A DNA stretch of 64,000 nt from Eledone cirrhosa (taxonomy: Eukaryota), in assembly GCA_964016885.1 (NCBI GenBank), contig OZ024740.1:270010001-270074000 (forward strand), given 5' to 3'. This document shows positions 42,530 to 56,155 of the stretch, piece by piece. The translations under genes and the position numbers were made by a program. The number at the start of each line of letters is the position of its first letter. Positions within the stretch are counted from its first letter, which is position 1. The notes beneath the pieces are model-generated. The model ran no database searches, was not told the DNA's origin, and was given only the letters and a program-made list of their open reading frames with translations.

Positions 42530-44770
42530 ACCGAAAGTATAAAAATTATCAATCTAACTAGTGCAGAACCAACACCCAACCTTATCAACTTACTCTCCAA
42601 AGGTCTTAAATTCACACCGACCCCACTACGTCCTAACTACTATGAAATGAAGGACGACATCACAGACTTCTGTAGAAAGTTACGACTCAGTGAAGAACTA
42701 TTCGACCAGTACAATGAGGATGAATCATTAGCCAGAAATAGAAGCAATTACACCCCATCAAAAGGTAGAAATAAAATCCTGGACGAATTCTGTGAACGCA
42801 TCACAAACTTCCCTTACCAACACTTACACAGACAAAAACACAAGCCAAACCTCAACAAGAAAGAATGGGAAGAATTAAATAGATTAAAAACCGACAGAAC
42901 CATTACAATTAAAGAGTCTGATAAAGGGAGTACAGTAGTCCTAATGGAGACAGAATTCTATATCAACTTAGCGCTCTTCACTTTGGAAAACGAAACATAC
43001 TACGAAAAGGCTGAACACTACAATGAACAGAAAATTATGAGAAACCTAAAAACTCTGATCAACCAATACAAAGAAGGACTCACTAACAAGGAATTCAGCT
43101 TCATCACAGACTTCACAAGTAAATCCAGCCTTTTCTACGGTATCCTTAAAGTACATGAAAGCCAATTAATAAGTAAGGCATGTAAGGAAGCCACAGACAT
43201 AGTCATCAATGACCCCTCACCCAATGATCTCAAATTAAGACCTATAATAGCAGGCCCCGCTTGCGAAACCCACCGCCTTAGCAACTTCATTGATACCCTT
43301 CTCAAGCCTTTTCTCAAACACATAAAAAGCTATATAAGGGACGACCTATATATGCTCAATCACCTCCTTAATATGCCTCTTTCTGAACAAACCCTACTAG
43401 TAGTCAACCTATACTCCAACATCCCCCACAACCTAGGAATAGAGGCTATCCATTTCTGGCTGGATAATTACCACAATGAACTCCCACTACGCATCAAAAA
43501 AGAATTCGTGATAGAGGGACTCAAATTTATCTTGGAGAACAATTACTTCGTTTTCAATAACAAACCCTACAGGCAGAAATCTGGGACTGCTATGGGAACG
43601 AAAACAGCCCCCACTTATGCCAACCTAGTCATGGGATACCTGGAAATCACCCTCTACACTAAAGTCCTAAACAAATTTGGAAACAATCTCCACTTACACA
43701 TAAAAAGGAACTGGAAGCGATATCTAGATGATTTCTTCATCCTTTGGCACGAAAACATCGAGAAACTTAATGAATTTCACACCCTTATAAATGGGCTCAA
43801 CACGAATATTAACTTCACGATGGAATACAGCCATCAACAACTCCCCTTCCTCGACATCCTCATTAAGATTCATAACAAAAATAGAAACAGACATATACTA
43901 CAAGCCCACAGACTCCAAGCAATATCTTCCTTTCAACTCTTGCCACCCTAGACACGTTAAAATTAATATTCCCTACAACTTAGCCAAGAGAATCTGTACT
44001 ATAGTCTCCAATAAAAACACCTGCTACTTACAGCTACAAGAACTAAAGGACACACTCATACGCACGGATTACCCTGCATCACTAATTGACAATGGAATCT
44101 AACGTGCCCTAAAACTCAGTACCCAGGACCTTAGACACCCTAAAGTAAATCAACCGAAACTAAAAGCTCTTCCATACATCTCCACACACAACCCCCTCAA
44201 CAATGAGGCCTTTGACACCATCCTCCAGAACATCCCTGTGTTGAAAAAGGACCTTAGAATGAACCAAATCCTACGAACACACGATATCATAAAGAGCAAA
44301 AGACAATCTAAGTCAATGAAAAACATCCTAACACATGCCAAAGTACTGCCAACCACAACAACGTAGTCCACAGTTAAAAAGTGCGATAGACCCAACTCTG
44401 GCATATGCATCAACCTAATAGAGGGTTCGGAATTCTATTTCAAAGAAGGACAACGTTTTATAGTAAAACACAATTTCACATGCGCATCAGAAAATCTAAT
44501 ATATGTATTAACTTGCTCAGGTTGTCGAGAACAATACATAGGCCAGACCAAAAACAGCCTCCGCCAACGCATACATCCCAAATTAAAATACGGGAATACA
44601 GGAAAATACCACTGAGTGAAAACATTGATACCTGTGCCGCCCAAAGTCATCCCAACTTCAGAATCTTTCCCCTCTACAAATTTAAAGATAATGCCACCCA
44701 CACCCAGCGCATCAGCAAGGAATCTCACTTTATTAACAAATACGGACCCCGTCTAAACACTTCTCCCTAA
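42530..44770 (+). pseudogene. PLE RT + GIY-YIG endonuclease, frameshifted
   Basis: LLSKGLKFTPTP, IKESDKG, FYGILKVH, LRPII, LYSNIPH, GTAMG..APTYANL, WKRYLDD, LPFLDI, YYKPTD, SCHPRH, FTCASENLIYVLTCSGCREQYIGQT. Confidence 0.9.
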
Positions 44771-45477
44771 GACGAACCCACAACATACACACGTCAACAT
44801 ACATACCTACATCAGCATACATCTCTATCCACATATAAACACAATGACATACGTAAACACACATGTTCTATGGTGCAACACAAATATACACAAATTTGCA
44901 TACCTTTTGATGTCTATAGATATAAACGTGCCGACACACACACATAAACGCACACATGCATTGCACACTGATGGGCACATACATATTTGTACACAAGTAT
45001 TCCAATACGGCAAGGCCTAATGGATTCCCCTTGCAGTACGTACAATCTGGACACTTACACACACCTTGGTATTATGCCAATACTATATATCATGTCACAC
45101 CTTTTATTATTAAGGTGTTTGATGTTCTATTGAGAGAATCGTTTTTACTAAAAATATCGAATAATGTACACCATTTTTACCAGTATCACAAAAATACTGG
45201 TCCACCCACACACACATACACATATATACACACAAACACACATATATACACACACACATACACACGCGTACATTAACATACAAAGAGACATATACACACA
45301 CACATACACTTCTCGGTATAAGACGAAAGTGACCAAACATAAGTTAGAAACGACATCTCAGACACTGCTAACATTAGTAGAATAAATATAAAGGCCGGTA
45401 TCTTTTAACATGTTAAAATATCCCCCACACACGTAGAAACATTCCTACTAACCATCCCTGTACCACGAATTTCTCTG

Positions 45478-45576
<99 letters not shown>

Positions 45577-46096
45577 TCTTAATAGGCATTTGAACTGTCA
45601 ACAGGCTGCGGTTCGCACACACATCCCTGCTGACCATTATCAAAACAACGAACCTCTTTACTACTACTACACACACACACACATTTGTTTTGAAAGACTT
45701 ATTTTTCAGTGACTTCTCAATCAGCCGACACAAACCTACATTTGGCACAAAATCAATTTTTAACATTCACATGACCTCTACCGACCAATCAAAATTGTTT
45801 TGACCACAATCATTTTTGCAACACGAATTGGCGCGAAACTTATTTTAATACACCTGGAGCCACTTTTTTCACATAACACTGGTAGAATTTCCAAAACTAA
45901 TCAGATTAGAGCAAACATCACGGGCGCTCTATCTCAAAATTATTTTTCAAAAGCATTAGAAATGCCCAACCGGTAAAACTTAAAACCAAAACTGAATACT
46001 AACCAATACTATTACTAATTTTTGCTTATTCCTAATTAAACTATTTTTCACTAGGAACAATTTGTCAGCATTTTCTTTTCCGTTTACCAATATATA

Positions 46097-46152
<56 letters not shown>

Positions 46153-46154
<2 letters not shown>

Positions 46155-46772
46155 AACATAAGCATTATAAAAATGTTCGGTGAATCCATACGTAGATGTA
46201 TATATGTGTGCATGTATGTATATATATATACATACTAATGTACGTCTGTATACATATATGTATGTACGTATACATACTTATATTTAAGTAGCAGCCGTAC
46301 TAAGTGTGAGAAATGAAATTTCGTTTCATTTTCTCCGTTTATCGTTTTCGGTGCGCCCGGCCGATTAACTCACTCGATATGCAAATTTGGCTGCTCAGCC
46401 GTTAATATGCATAAGGAAAGTATATACTTTCAGACGTTCAACAGTCTGGCAGGAAGGTATACGTTGCTGACGATAGTTAATAAGCTTGAAACTAGTACAG
46501 CGTTCCTTTGTCAGTGTTGAACAAATGAGCAACGATGGTTGCTAGACACTGCACGGCTTAATTCGGGATGTTTGTTTACAAACACAGCGAGCATTATAAT
46601 AAATATTCGGTGAATCTATGCGTACATGTATATATGTGTGCATATATGTATATATATATACATACTACTGTACGTCTGTATACATATATGTATGTACGTA
46701 TACATACTTATATTCAAGTAACAGCCGTTCTAAGAGTGAGAAATGAAATTTCGTTTCATTTTTTCTGTTTAT
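46153..46772 (+). mobile_element. Dispersed ~1.5-unit copy of the HHR-containing 422-bp repeat
   Basis: Reverse complement of the array unit; bounded by (TA)n. Confidence 0.85.
46462..46502 (+). ncRNA. Hammerhead ribozyme, retrozyme-type
   Basis: CGUUG-CUGACGA-UAGUUAAUAAGCUU-GAAA-CUAG-UA-CAGCG. Confidence 0.75.
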
Positions 46773-46799
46773 ATACACATATATATATATATATACATA

Positions 46800-46873
<74 letters not shown>

Positions 46874-47185
46874 TATACATATATATGTGTATATATATAT
46901 ATATAAATATATATATACATACATATATATATATATACACATATATATGTATATATATGTGTATATATATGTAAGGCTCTATTGATTTTTCCCTGGATTT
47001 CACCAAATTCTGTGGATGAATTTATATCCTGATTCTTTTTGAATTGGGTTTGAATTATTTTCCCACATCTTACGTTAACTATTTTTCCATTTTGACGTCA
47101 TAGTCACTTATATATTATGGAATACTGTTGGCTCATTGCTACAATAATTTCTATACTTTTCATTTATATATATATATATATATAT

Positions 47186-48418
<1,233 letters not shown>

Positions 48419-48419
<1 letters not shown>

Positions 48420-51369
48420 AACGGAAAAAATGAAACGATATTTCATTTCCCACTCTTAGTACGGCTGTTACTTAAATATAAGTATGTACACGTACATACA
48501 TATATATATACCGACGTACAGTAGTATGTATATATATATACATACATGCACACATATATATATGCACGTATGGATTCACCGAATATTTATTATAATGCTC
48601 GGTGTGTTTGTAAACAAACATCCCGTATTAAGCCGTAGTGTCTAGCAACCACCGTTGCTCGTTTGTTCAACACTGACAAAGGAACGCTGTACTAGTTTCA
48701 AGCTTGTTAGCTATCGTCAGCAATGTATACCTTCCTGCCAGATTGTTTGAACGTATATACTTACCTTATGCATATTAACGGCTGAGTAGCCCAATTTGCA
48801 TATCGAGTGGGTTAATCGGCCAGGTGCACCGAAAACGATAAACGGAAAAAATGAAACGATATTTCATTTCCCACTCTTAGTACGGCTGTTACTTAAATAT
48901 AAGTATGTACACGTACATATATATATGTATACCGACGTACAGTAGTATGTATATATATATATACATACATGCACACACATATATATGCACGTATGGATTC
49001 ACCGAATATTTATTATAATGCTCAGTGTGTTTGTAAACAAACATCCCGTATTAAGCCATAGTGTCTAGCAACCACCGTTGCTCGTTTGTTCAGCACTGAC
49101 AAAGGAACGCTGTACTAGTTTCAAGCTTGTTAGCTATCGTCAGCAACGTATACCTTCCTGCCAGATTGTTGAACGTATATACTTACCTTATGCACATTAA
49201 CGGCTGAGTAGCCCAATTTGCATATCGAGTGGGTTAATCGGCCGGGTGCACCGAAAACGATAAACGGAAAAAATGAAACGATATTTCATTTCCCACTCTT
49301 AGTACGGCTGTTACTTAAATATAAGTATGTACACGTACATACATATATGTATACCGACGTACAGTAGTATGTATATATATATATACATACATGCACACAT
49401 ATATATATGCACGTATGGATTCACCGAATATTTATGATAATGCTCGGTGTGTTTGTAAACAAACATCCCGTATTAAGCCGTATTGTCTAGCGACCACCGT
49501 TGCTCCTTTGTTCTACACTGACAAAGGAACGCTGTACTAGTTTCAAGCTTGTTAGCTATCGTCAGCAACGTATACCTTCCTGCCAGATTGTTGAACGTAT
49601 ATACTTACCTTATGCACATTAACGGCTGAGTAGCCCAATTTGCATATCGAGTGGGTTAATCGGCCGGGTGCACCGAAAACGATAAACGGAAAAAATGAAA
49701 CGATATTTCATTTCCCACTCTTAGTACGGCTGTTACTTAAATATAAGTATGTACACGTACATACATATATGTATACCGACGTACAGTAGTATGTATATAT
49801 ATATATACATACATGCACACATATATATATGCACGTATGGATTCACCGAATATTTATTATAATGCTCAGTGTGTTTGTAAACAAACATCCCGTATTAAGC
49901 CGTAGTGTCTAGCAACCACCGTTGCTCGTTTGTTCAGCACTGACAAAGGAACGCTGTACTAGTTTCAAGCTTGTTAGCTATCGTCAGCAACGTATACCTT
50001 CCTGCCAGATTGTTGAACGTATATACTTACCTCATGCACATTAACGGCTGAGTAGCCCAATTTGCATATCGAGTGGGTTAATCGGCCGGGTGCACCGAAA
50101 ACGATAAACGGAAAAAATGAAACGATATTTCATTTCCCACTCTTAGTACGGCTGTTACTTAAATATAAGTATGTACACGTACATACATATATGTATACCG
50201 ACGTACAGTAGTATGTATATATATATATACATACATGCACACATATATATATGCACGTATGGATTCACCGAATATTTATGATAATGCTCGGTGTGTTTGT
50301 AAACAAACATCCCGTATTAAGCCGTATTGTCTAGCGACCACCGTTGCTCCTTTGTTCTACACTGACAAAGGAACGCTGTACTAGTTTCAAGCTTGTTAGC
50401 TATCGTCAGCAACGTATACCTTCCTTCCAGATTGTTGAACGTATATACTTACCTTATGCACATTAACGGCTGAGTAGCTCAATTTGCATATCGAGTGGGT
50501 TAATCGGCCGGGTGCACCGAAAACGATAAACGGAAAAATTGAAACGATATTTCATTTCCCACTCTTAGTACGGCTGTTACTTAAATATAAGTATGTACAC
50601 GTACATACATATATGTATACCGACGTACAGTAGTATGTATATATATATATACATACATGCACACATATATATATGCACGTATGGATTCACCGAATATTTA
50701 TGATAATGCTCGGTGTGTTTGTAAACAAACATCCCGTATTAAGCCGTATTGTCTAGCGACCACCGTTGCTCGTTTGTTCTACACTGACAAAGGAACGCTG
50801 TACTAGTTTCAAGCCTGTTAGCTATCGTCAGCAACGTATACCTTCCTGCCAGATTGTTGAACGTATATACTTACCTTATGCACATTAACGGCTGAGTAGC
50901 CCAATTTGCATATCGAGTGGGTTAATCGGCCGGGTGCACCGAAAACGATAAACGGAAAAAATGAAACGATATTTCATTTCCCACTCTTAGTACGGCTGTT
51001 ACTTAAATATAAGTATGTACACGTACAATCATATATGTATACCGACGTACAGTAGTATGTATATATATATATACATACATGCACACATATATATATGCAC
51101 GTATGGATTCACCGAATATTTATTATAATGCTCGGTGTGTTTGTAAACAAACATCCCGTATTAAGCCGTATTGTCTAGCGACCACCGTTGCTCGTTTGTT
51201 CTACACTGACAAAGGAACGCTGTACTAGTTTCAAGCTTGTTAGCTATCGTCAGCAACGTATACCTTCCTTCCAGATTATTGAACGTATATACTTACCTTA
51301 TGCATATTAACGGCTGAGTAGCTCAATTTGCATATCGAGTGGGTTAATCGGCCGGGTGCACCGAAAACG
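48419..51369 (-). repeat. Tandem array of 7 x ~422 bp, one hammerhead per unit (candidate non-LTR retrozyme)
   Basis: Unit starts (AAACGGAAAAA) at 48419, 48840, 49262, 49684, 50106, 50528, 50950; HHR cores at 48685, 49108, 49530, 49952, 50374, 50796, 51218 (41 nt each). Confidence 0.9.
49096..49164 (-). ncRNA. Type I hammerhead ribozyme (representative, unit 2)
   Basis: CUGGCAGGAAGGUAUACGUUG-CUGACGA-UAGCUAACAAGCUU-GAAA-CUAG-UA-CAGCGUUCCUUUGUCAG; long bulged stem I, palindromic CUAG stem III, GUA triplet; non-canonical U10.1-U11.1. Confidence 0.8.
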
Positions 51370-51830
51370 TACATCCTTACGGGGTCGATAAAATAAAGTA
51401 CCAGTAATGCACTGGGTAATTGATGACCTTGCGCCAAAAGTAGAAACAATTATTTATAGACCGTAGGGCGGGTGGATTGGCAGTATCGGTAGAGGGTCGG
51501 AAACCATGCTTTGACGCATGCTTTGACGTCCCTTTATGGTCTGAGTTCAAATCCCGCCGAGGTTATCTTTGCCTTTCATCCTTACGGAGTCGATAAAATA
51601 AAGTACCAGTAATACACTGGGATAATTGCTGGCCTTTTGCCAAAAGTAGAAACAATTATTTATAGACCGTCAGATACCATGTTTGCAACATAGAGTTATG
51701 GCCCTGTGCATTCTGAGTTCAAATCTTATCTAGGTAAACTTTGCCTTTCATCCTTACGGGGTCTATAAAATAAAGTACCTGTAATGTACTGAGTAATTGC
51801 TGGCCTTGTGCCAAAAGTATAAAGAATTAT
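51370..51830 (+). mobile_element. Cluster of three tRNA-derived SINE copies (one complete, about 51466-51660)
   Basis: Same family as 5535-5728; CATCCTTACGG.GTC.ATAAAATAAAGTACC occurs three times. Confidence 0.8.
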
Positions 51831-54402
51831 TTATTTACAAACTTCCCCGGCTATATCATGTCAAACTACTGTGTTCGAATGTTCTAATTGGAAAGCCCTT
51901 AAGCAGATTGATAGGATGATTGCAACTCTGTGGACAACAGACATGAAATTCAAATGTTGCAGATCTGATTTATCTTCATATAAAGCCTCAAGCGGTTGAT
52001 ATTTCGCAATCTGTAACAATCATTATGTAGCATATTTTACCAATGTGTTGTTATTATGTTATTAAATAATTCGTAGAATATTGCCCTGTTGTTTTGCGAG
52101 TATCACTATGGTTTCTTTGCAGCCATTTGAGATTAGTGAGACCGACACGTATGATATTCGACAAATGTGTGCAAGAACGACACTCAAGAGCACAGATATT
52201 TCTCATGATGAGGGATAAGAGTAGTATAGAGTAGTGTACAATATATAAGTGCATCATATTTACGACGAAATGAGAAGCGACAATTAATTTCGATTGACAG
52301 AGAACATCATGTCACTCATTTTGTTGTGTGGGGAGGGATGCGATCTAGGATCCCTACGCAGTATTTCATGCGATCAAGGATCCCCACAAGTTAGGAATCT
52401 GTCTTTCATTGCGCGTCTCACTTAGGCTTTATAGTACGATAGTATGTTTCGGCTGAAATATTTTCAGAGCCTGAAAATTAAAGGCAGTCTGATTTATGTT
52501 GAGATTAGTGGTTCTCCTTTGGATATTCTCGGTGTTGATGAGGCCTAGCTTTCGAAGGTAACAACAGTTCTCTATCAAAGTGGTATTTGTACTGTATGTG
52601 GAACATATTCTTTATCTGTAGCATTATTTTTGCTGTAGAAAAAGACATTGCAGGACCACATTGGGGAAAACATTTGATGTCTCTGTTCATAAAAACAGTG
52701 ATGTTTGATGATAGGTGTCTAGGTTATATCAGATGATGTAATGAGTGGGTGAAGACAGAAATCAATGCCATTTGCATATGTGTTGACATTGTTGGAGAGG
52801 CTGTCAAGATGGCCGATATGGTATAGGTGGTAAATAACAAAACAAAAAAAAGACAACAGAAATTATTACGGATTGTATGGAGACTCATTGGATGGAGTCT
52901 CGTTAACGTACGCTGAGATGATACTATATGATAGAATTCCTCCGATCCAAGGAACGCCAAATGGATAGGTCCATACCCGGATAATTTTGCACAGTCCAAT
53001 GCGTACTGGGCACTTTAAATCGTTTGGTGGTGCCTAGTATAAGACTGATTCATATGAAATGTATGCATGTATGCGTATATGTATGAGTGTGTCGTAGTAT
53101 AAATGCGTAAGCACATATCCGAGAGTGAATGTGCGTGTGTATCTATCGGTGCATAAGGAAGAAAATTAGTGAGCCGAACAAAAATACCTTAAACTATAAT
53201 ATATAATTCCGCTCCACTTCGGACTTGTATGCTAAGTCTAACTAGCCTTCGCTCTATTAAATCAGAAAACAAAACACGAATCTTAAGTAAATAAATCGAT
53301 ATAATCGACTAAAATACTTGAATGCGAGGTCCTGACCTAGCCGGAGTCTAATGTCTGAAAGTATTAAGATTATAGAAGATAATAATAATCATACACCAAC
53401 CACAGAACAATCTACTATTATATATATATATATTTAATGTTACTCTCTTCAGTAAATTATAAACACCAACAATATCGATTTTTTTTTACACGCGAGTGAG
53501 TGTGGATATTTGATGGGGTTAGATACAAGGTGTAATTTCCCTTTGCCAAGTGGAATTGGTTAAGTATAAGGGAATAAAAAGGATAACAAGGAAATTGAGA
53601 TATAATCTCAGACCGTCTATTCTATAATATCTGTGATAAATAATGATGTGAAAGATGCTGATATCAGAAAAATCTCAATACGGGGGTATATATATTTAGT
53701 CGATTAAATAAAGTTCTGCACTTCTTTTGAATTTTTTCGATCAACATCGGGAAGATTAAAGGGTAAAACTATTCATATAGATTGGAAGTCAGAACATAAT
53801 TAAATACTACAAGGCATTTACATCTATACACTAGCATTCCTACTACTCACTATAAAGATTTCTAGCTTTGGTGAAAAAAAGACTCTAAGATTACAGACAT
53901 AGTTGTAGATTGTTCATTCAATCTGCCTACATATTTTATCAACAACGGAGATACAAAATAAGCAATTTCATTCAGTACTCTTCCGCTTCTGCCATTTATT
54001 ACATTTTGCCAATGCAAATCATTATAAATATAAATGCAAATGTATTCACTAATGTATGGTTATATTAAAACAGGAAAGTGTGAAGTGGAACTGTGATTGT
54101 GCATATTAAGGAGCTTACAATGTCATTGATAACAAGAAGGGAAATTCTTTATCAGTTAAAAAAACATTTTATTTATTATTTTCCCATTGTATTCACTACC
54201 GTACTGGAGATGTACCTTATTTTAGTCAGAACTGTTTACGAGTCGCGGAGCATTTGAGAGCAAGACTTTGACAACACATGAATAAAGTAACCTTTGAAGT
54301 TGCATAAAATTTGGACACCCCTGTCATCAATCTCACCACCATTATGTATCTCACCTGTATACTTATCTACTCAAGTAAGATTGGCATGCCAATATATAAA
54401 TA

Positions 54403-54604
<202 letters not shown>

Positions 54605-55386
54605 ACAATTTCCACAATTCCTGTTGGCAGCTGAAAGCTTTAGAAAATACATGTTGCATTTATTGTTTATTGCGGGTCCATCATTTCTTTTTTTTTTTTT
54701 TGTTCCTTTTTGGAAAGGATTAGTTTTCCATGAGTAATAAAATTATCTAAAAAATCTGGTAAGATAATAACACTGAACATCTAAGTTTAAGGCCGACTGT
54801 TTACTCATTATCTTTACATTCTCATCAACTAAAAATACCAGAAAAAAATAGAATTTGAAGATTTACTGGTGGTAGTCTGTGCCGGCAAAACTATTGGACT
54901 TTTGTACGTGATGAAAACAAGATTGCAATTTAGTACGTAATTGAAAAAAACAATATTATTAAATGTGATGGGGCATCGGACAAAATCCTTTGTAGCATAT
55001 CGTTACGGCCCTTTACGTTCTGAGTTCATATCCCGAAATCCTGTTGTGGTCACATTTACTTTGCATCCTTCCGAGGTAGATGAAATAAAAGACTAGTTAA
55101 GGAATGGAATCTATTTCATCCATTTCCCCGGCCCCTTAAACTGCTGGACTAGTGCATAAATTAAAAATCCTTGTTCACAGCTAAGCCAATGTGATAATTT
55201 GGTAAATACAGATATACATCAGATTATAACAATGCAGAATTGAGTAGTTCCATCGCTTTATGCTTGAAGTTTGCATACCGGTACCAGGCATTTAATGGGG
55301 CTCCATTCGATTCTCTGCCAGTCAACTGAACTTAAAATAAATAAAGGAGTTGAGTGAATCAATAAGTTTTATTAGTCGAATCAAAC

Positions 55387-55545
55387 GGTGGATTGGCAGT
55401 ATCGGTAGATGGTCGGATGTCATGCTTTGCAGCAGAGAGTTACCCCCCTTTATGATCTGAGTTCAAATACTGCCGAGGTTAACTTTGCCTTTCATCCTTA
55501 CGGAGTCGATAAAATAAAGTTCCAGTCATGCACTGGGATCGACTG
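55387..55545 (+). mobile_element. tRNA-derived SINE
   Basis: CGGTGGATTGGCAGTATCGGTAGA..GAGTTCAAAT..GCCTTTCATCCTTACGGAGTCGATAAAATAAAG; older copies at about 54970-55100, 59070-59160, 59440-59530 and 60686-60815. Confidence 0.75.
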
Positions 55546-56083
55546 GAATCACTGACTATCCAGTCAACTAATCCCTATCTTTACAAGAAAGATTCTGAAA
55601 ATAAAGTTGTATTGTGTTAAATGAAATGACCAGTGAGAGACAAACGTGATGCATAAGCTCTTAGATACCAACATCCAGAAAGCAGTTTTGTTCCTTAGTT
55701 TTGCATTCAGTTACAATAAAAAATGCCTGACGCGTTTAAAAGTTCATGCATTTAGAACTCATCATTTAAATACGTTAGAGACCGGTTTTTCAAGCATAAA
55801 TATTGATATATGTATACCAAGAAATTCCCAATGTTTATCACAGAATTTTCACTGTCACAAAAGAAAACATACTCGGGTAAAATAAAGATGAAAGATTGAT
55901 TAATGGAAAGATTTGCAATTATTGCTCAAATTATGCTCAGATATTTCTATTCTTGATGATTGTAATATGTAATTAAATTCATTTCCCCTTTGAATAATGA
56001 AATTATTCTGTTCAATCTAACATTCCCTAAAGATTTTCGTATTGTCTATTCTACAAACAGGTATGATATTCTACAAACAGATT

Positions 56084-56155
56084 TTCTTCTTCTTCTTCTT
56101 CTTCTTCTTCTTCTTCTTCTTCTTCTTCTTCTTCTTCTTCTTCTTCTTCTTCTTC
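56084..56155. repeat. (TTC)n microsatellite
   Basis: Directly visible. Confidence 0.95.

Larger units (their letters stand above)
40695..46094 (+). mobile_element. Second PLE (Neptune-like), decayed, with ~450-bp direct terminal repeats
   Basis: 40695-41143 is repeated at 45645-46094; internal RT-EN pseudogene; (TA)n on both flanks. Confidence 0.85.

Noticed and set aside
48419-51369. CRISPR array or 5S/snRNA/histone gene repeat
   Set aside because: Units repeat in full with no unique spacers, the context is eukaryotic, and no 5S, snRNA or histone sequence was recognised
51370-51830. SINE cluster as promoter for the hammerhead array
   Set aside because: The SINEs point away from the array (plus strand) while the ribozymes are on the minus strand
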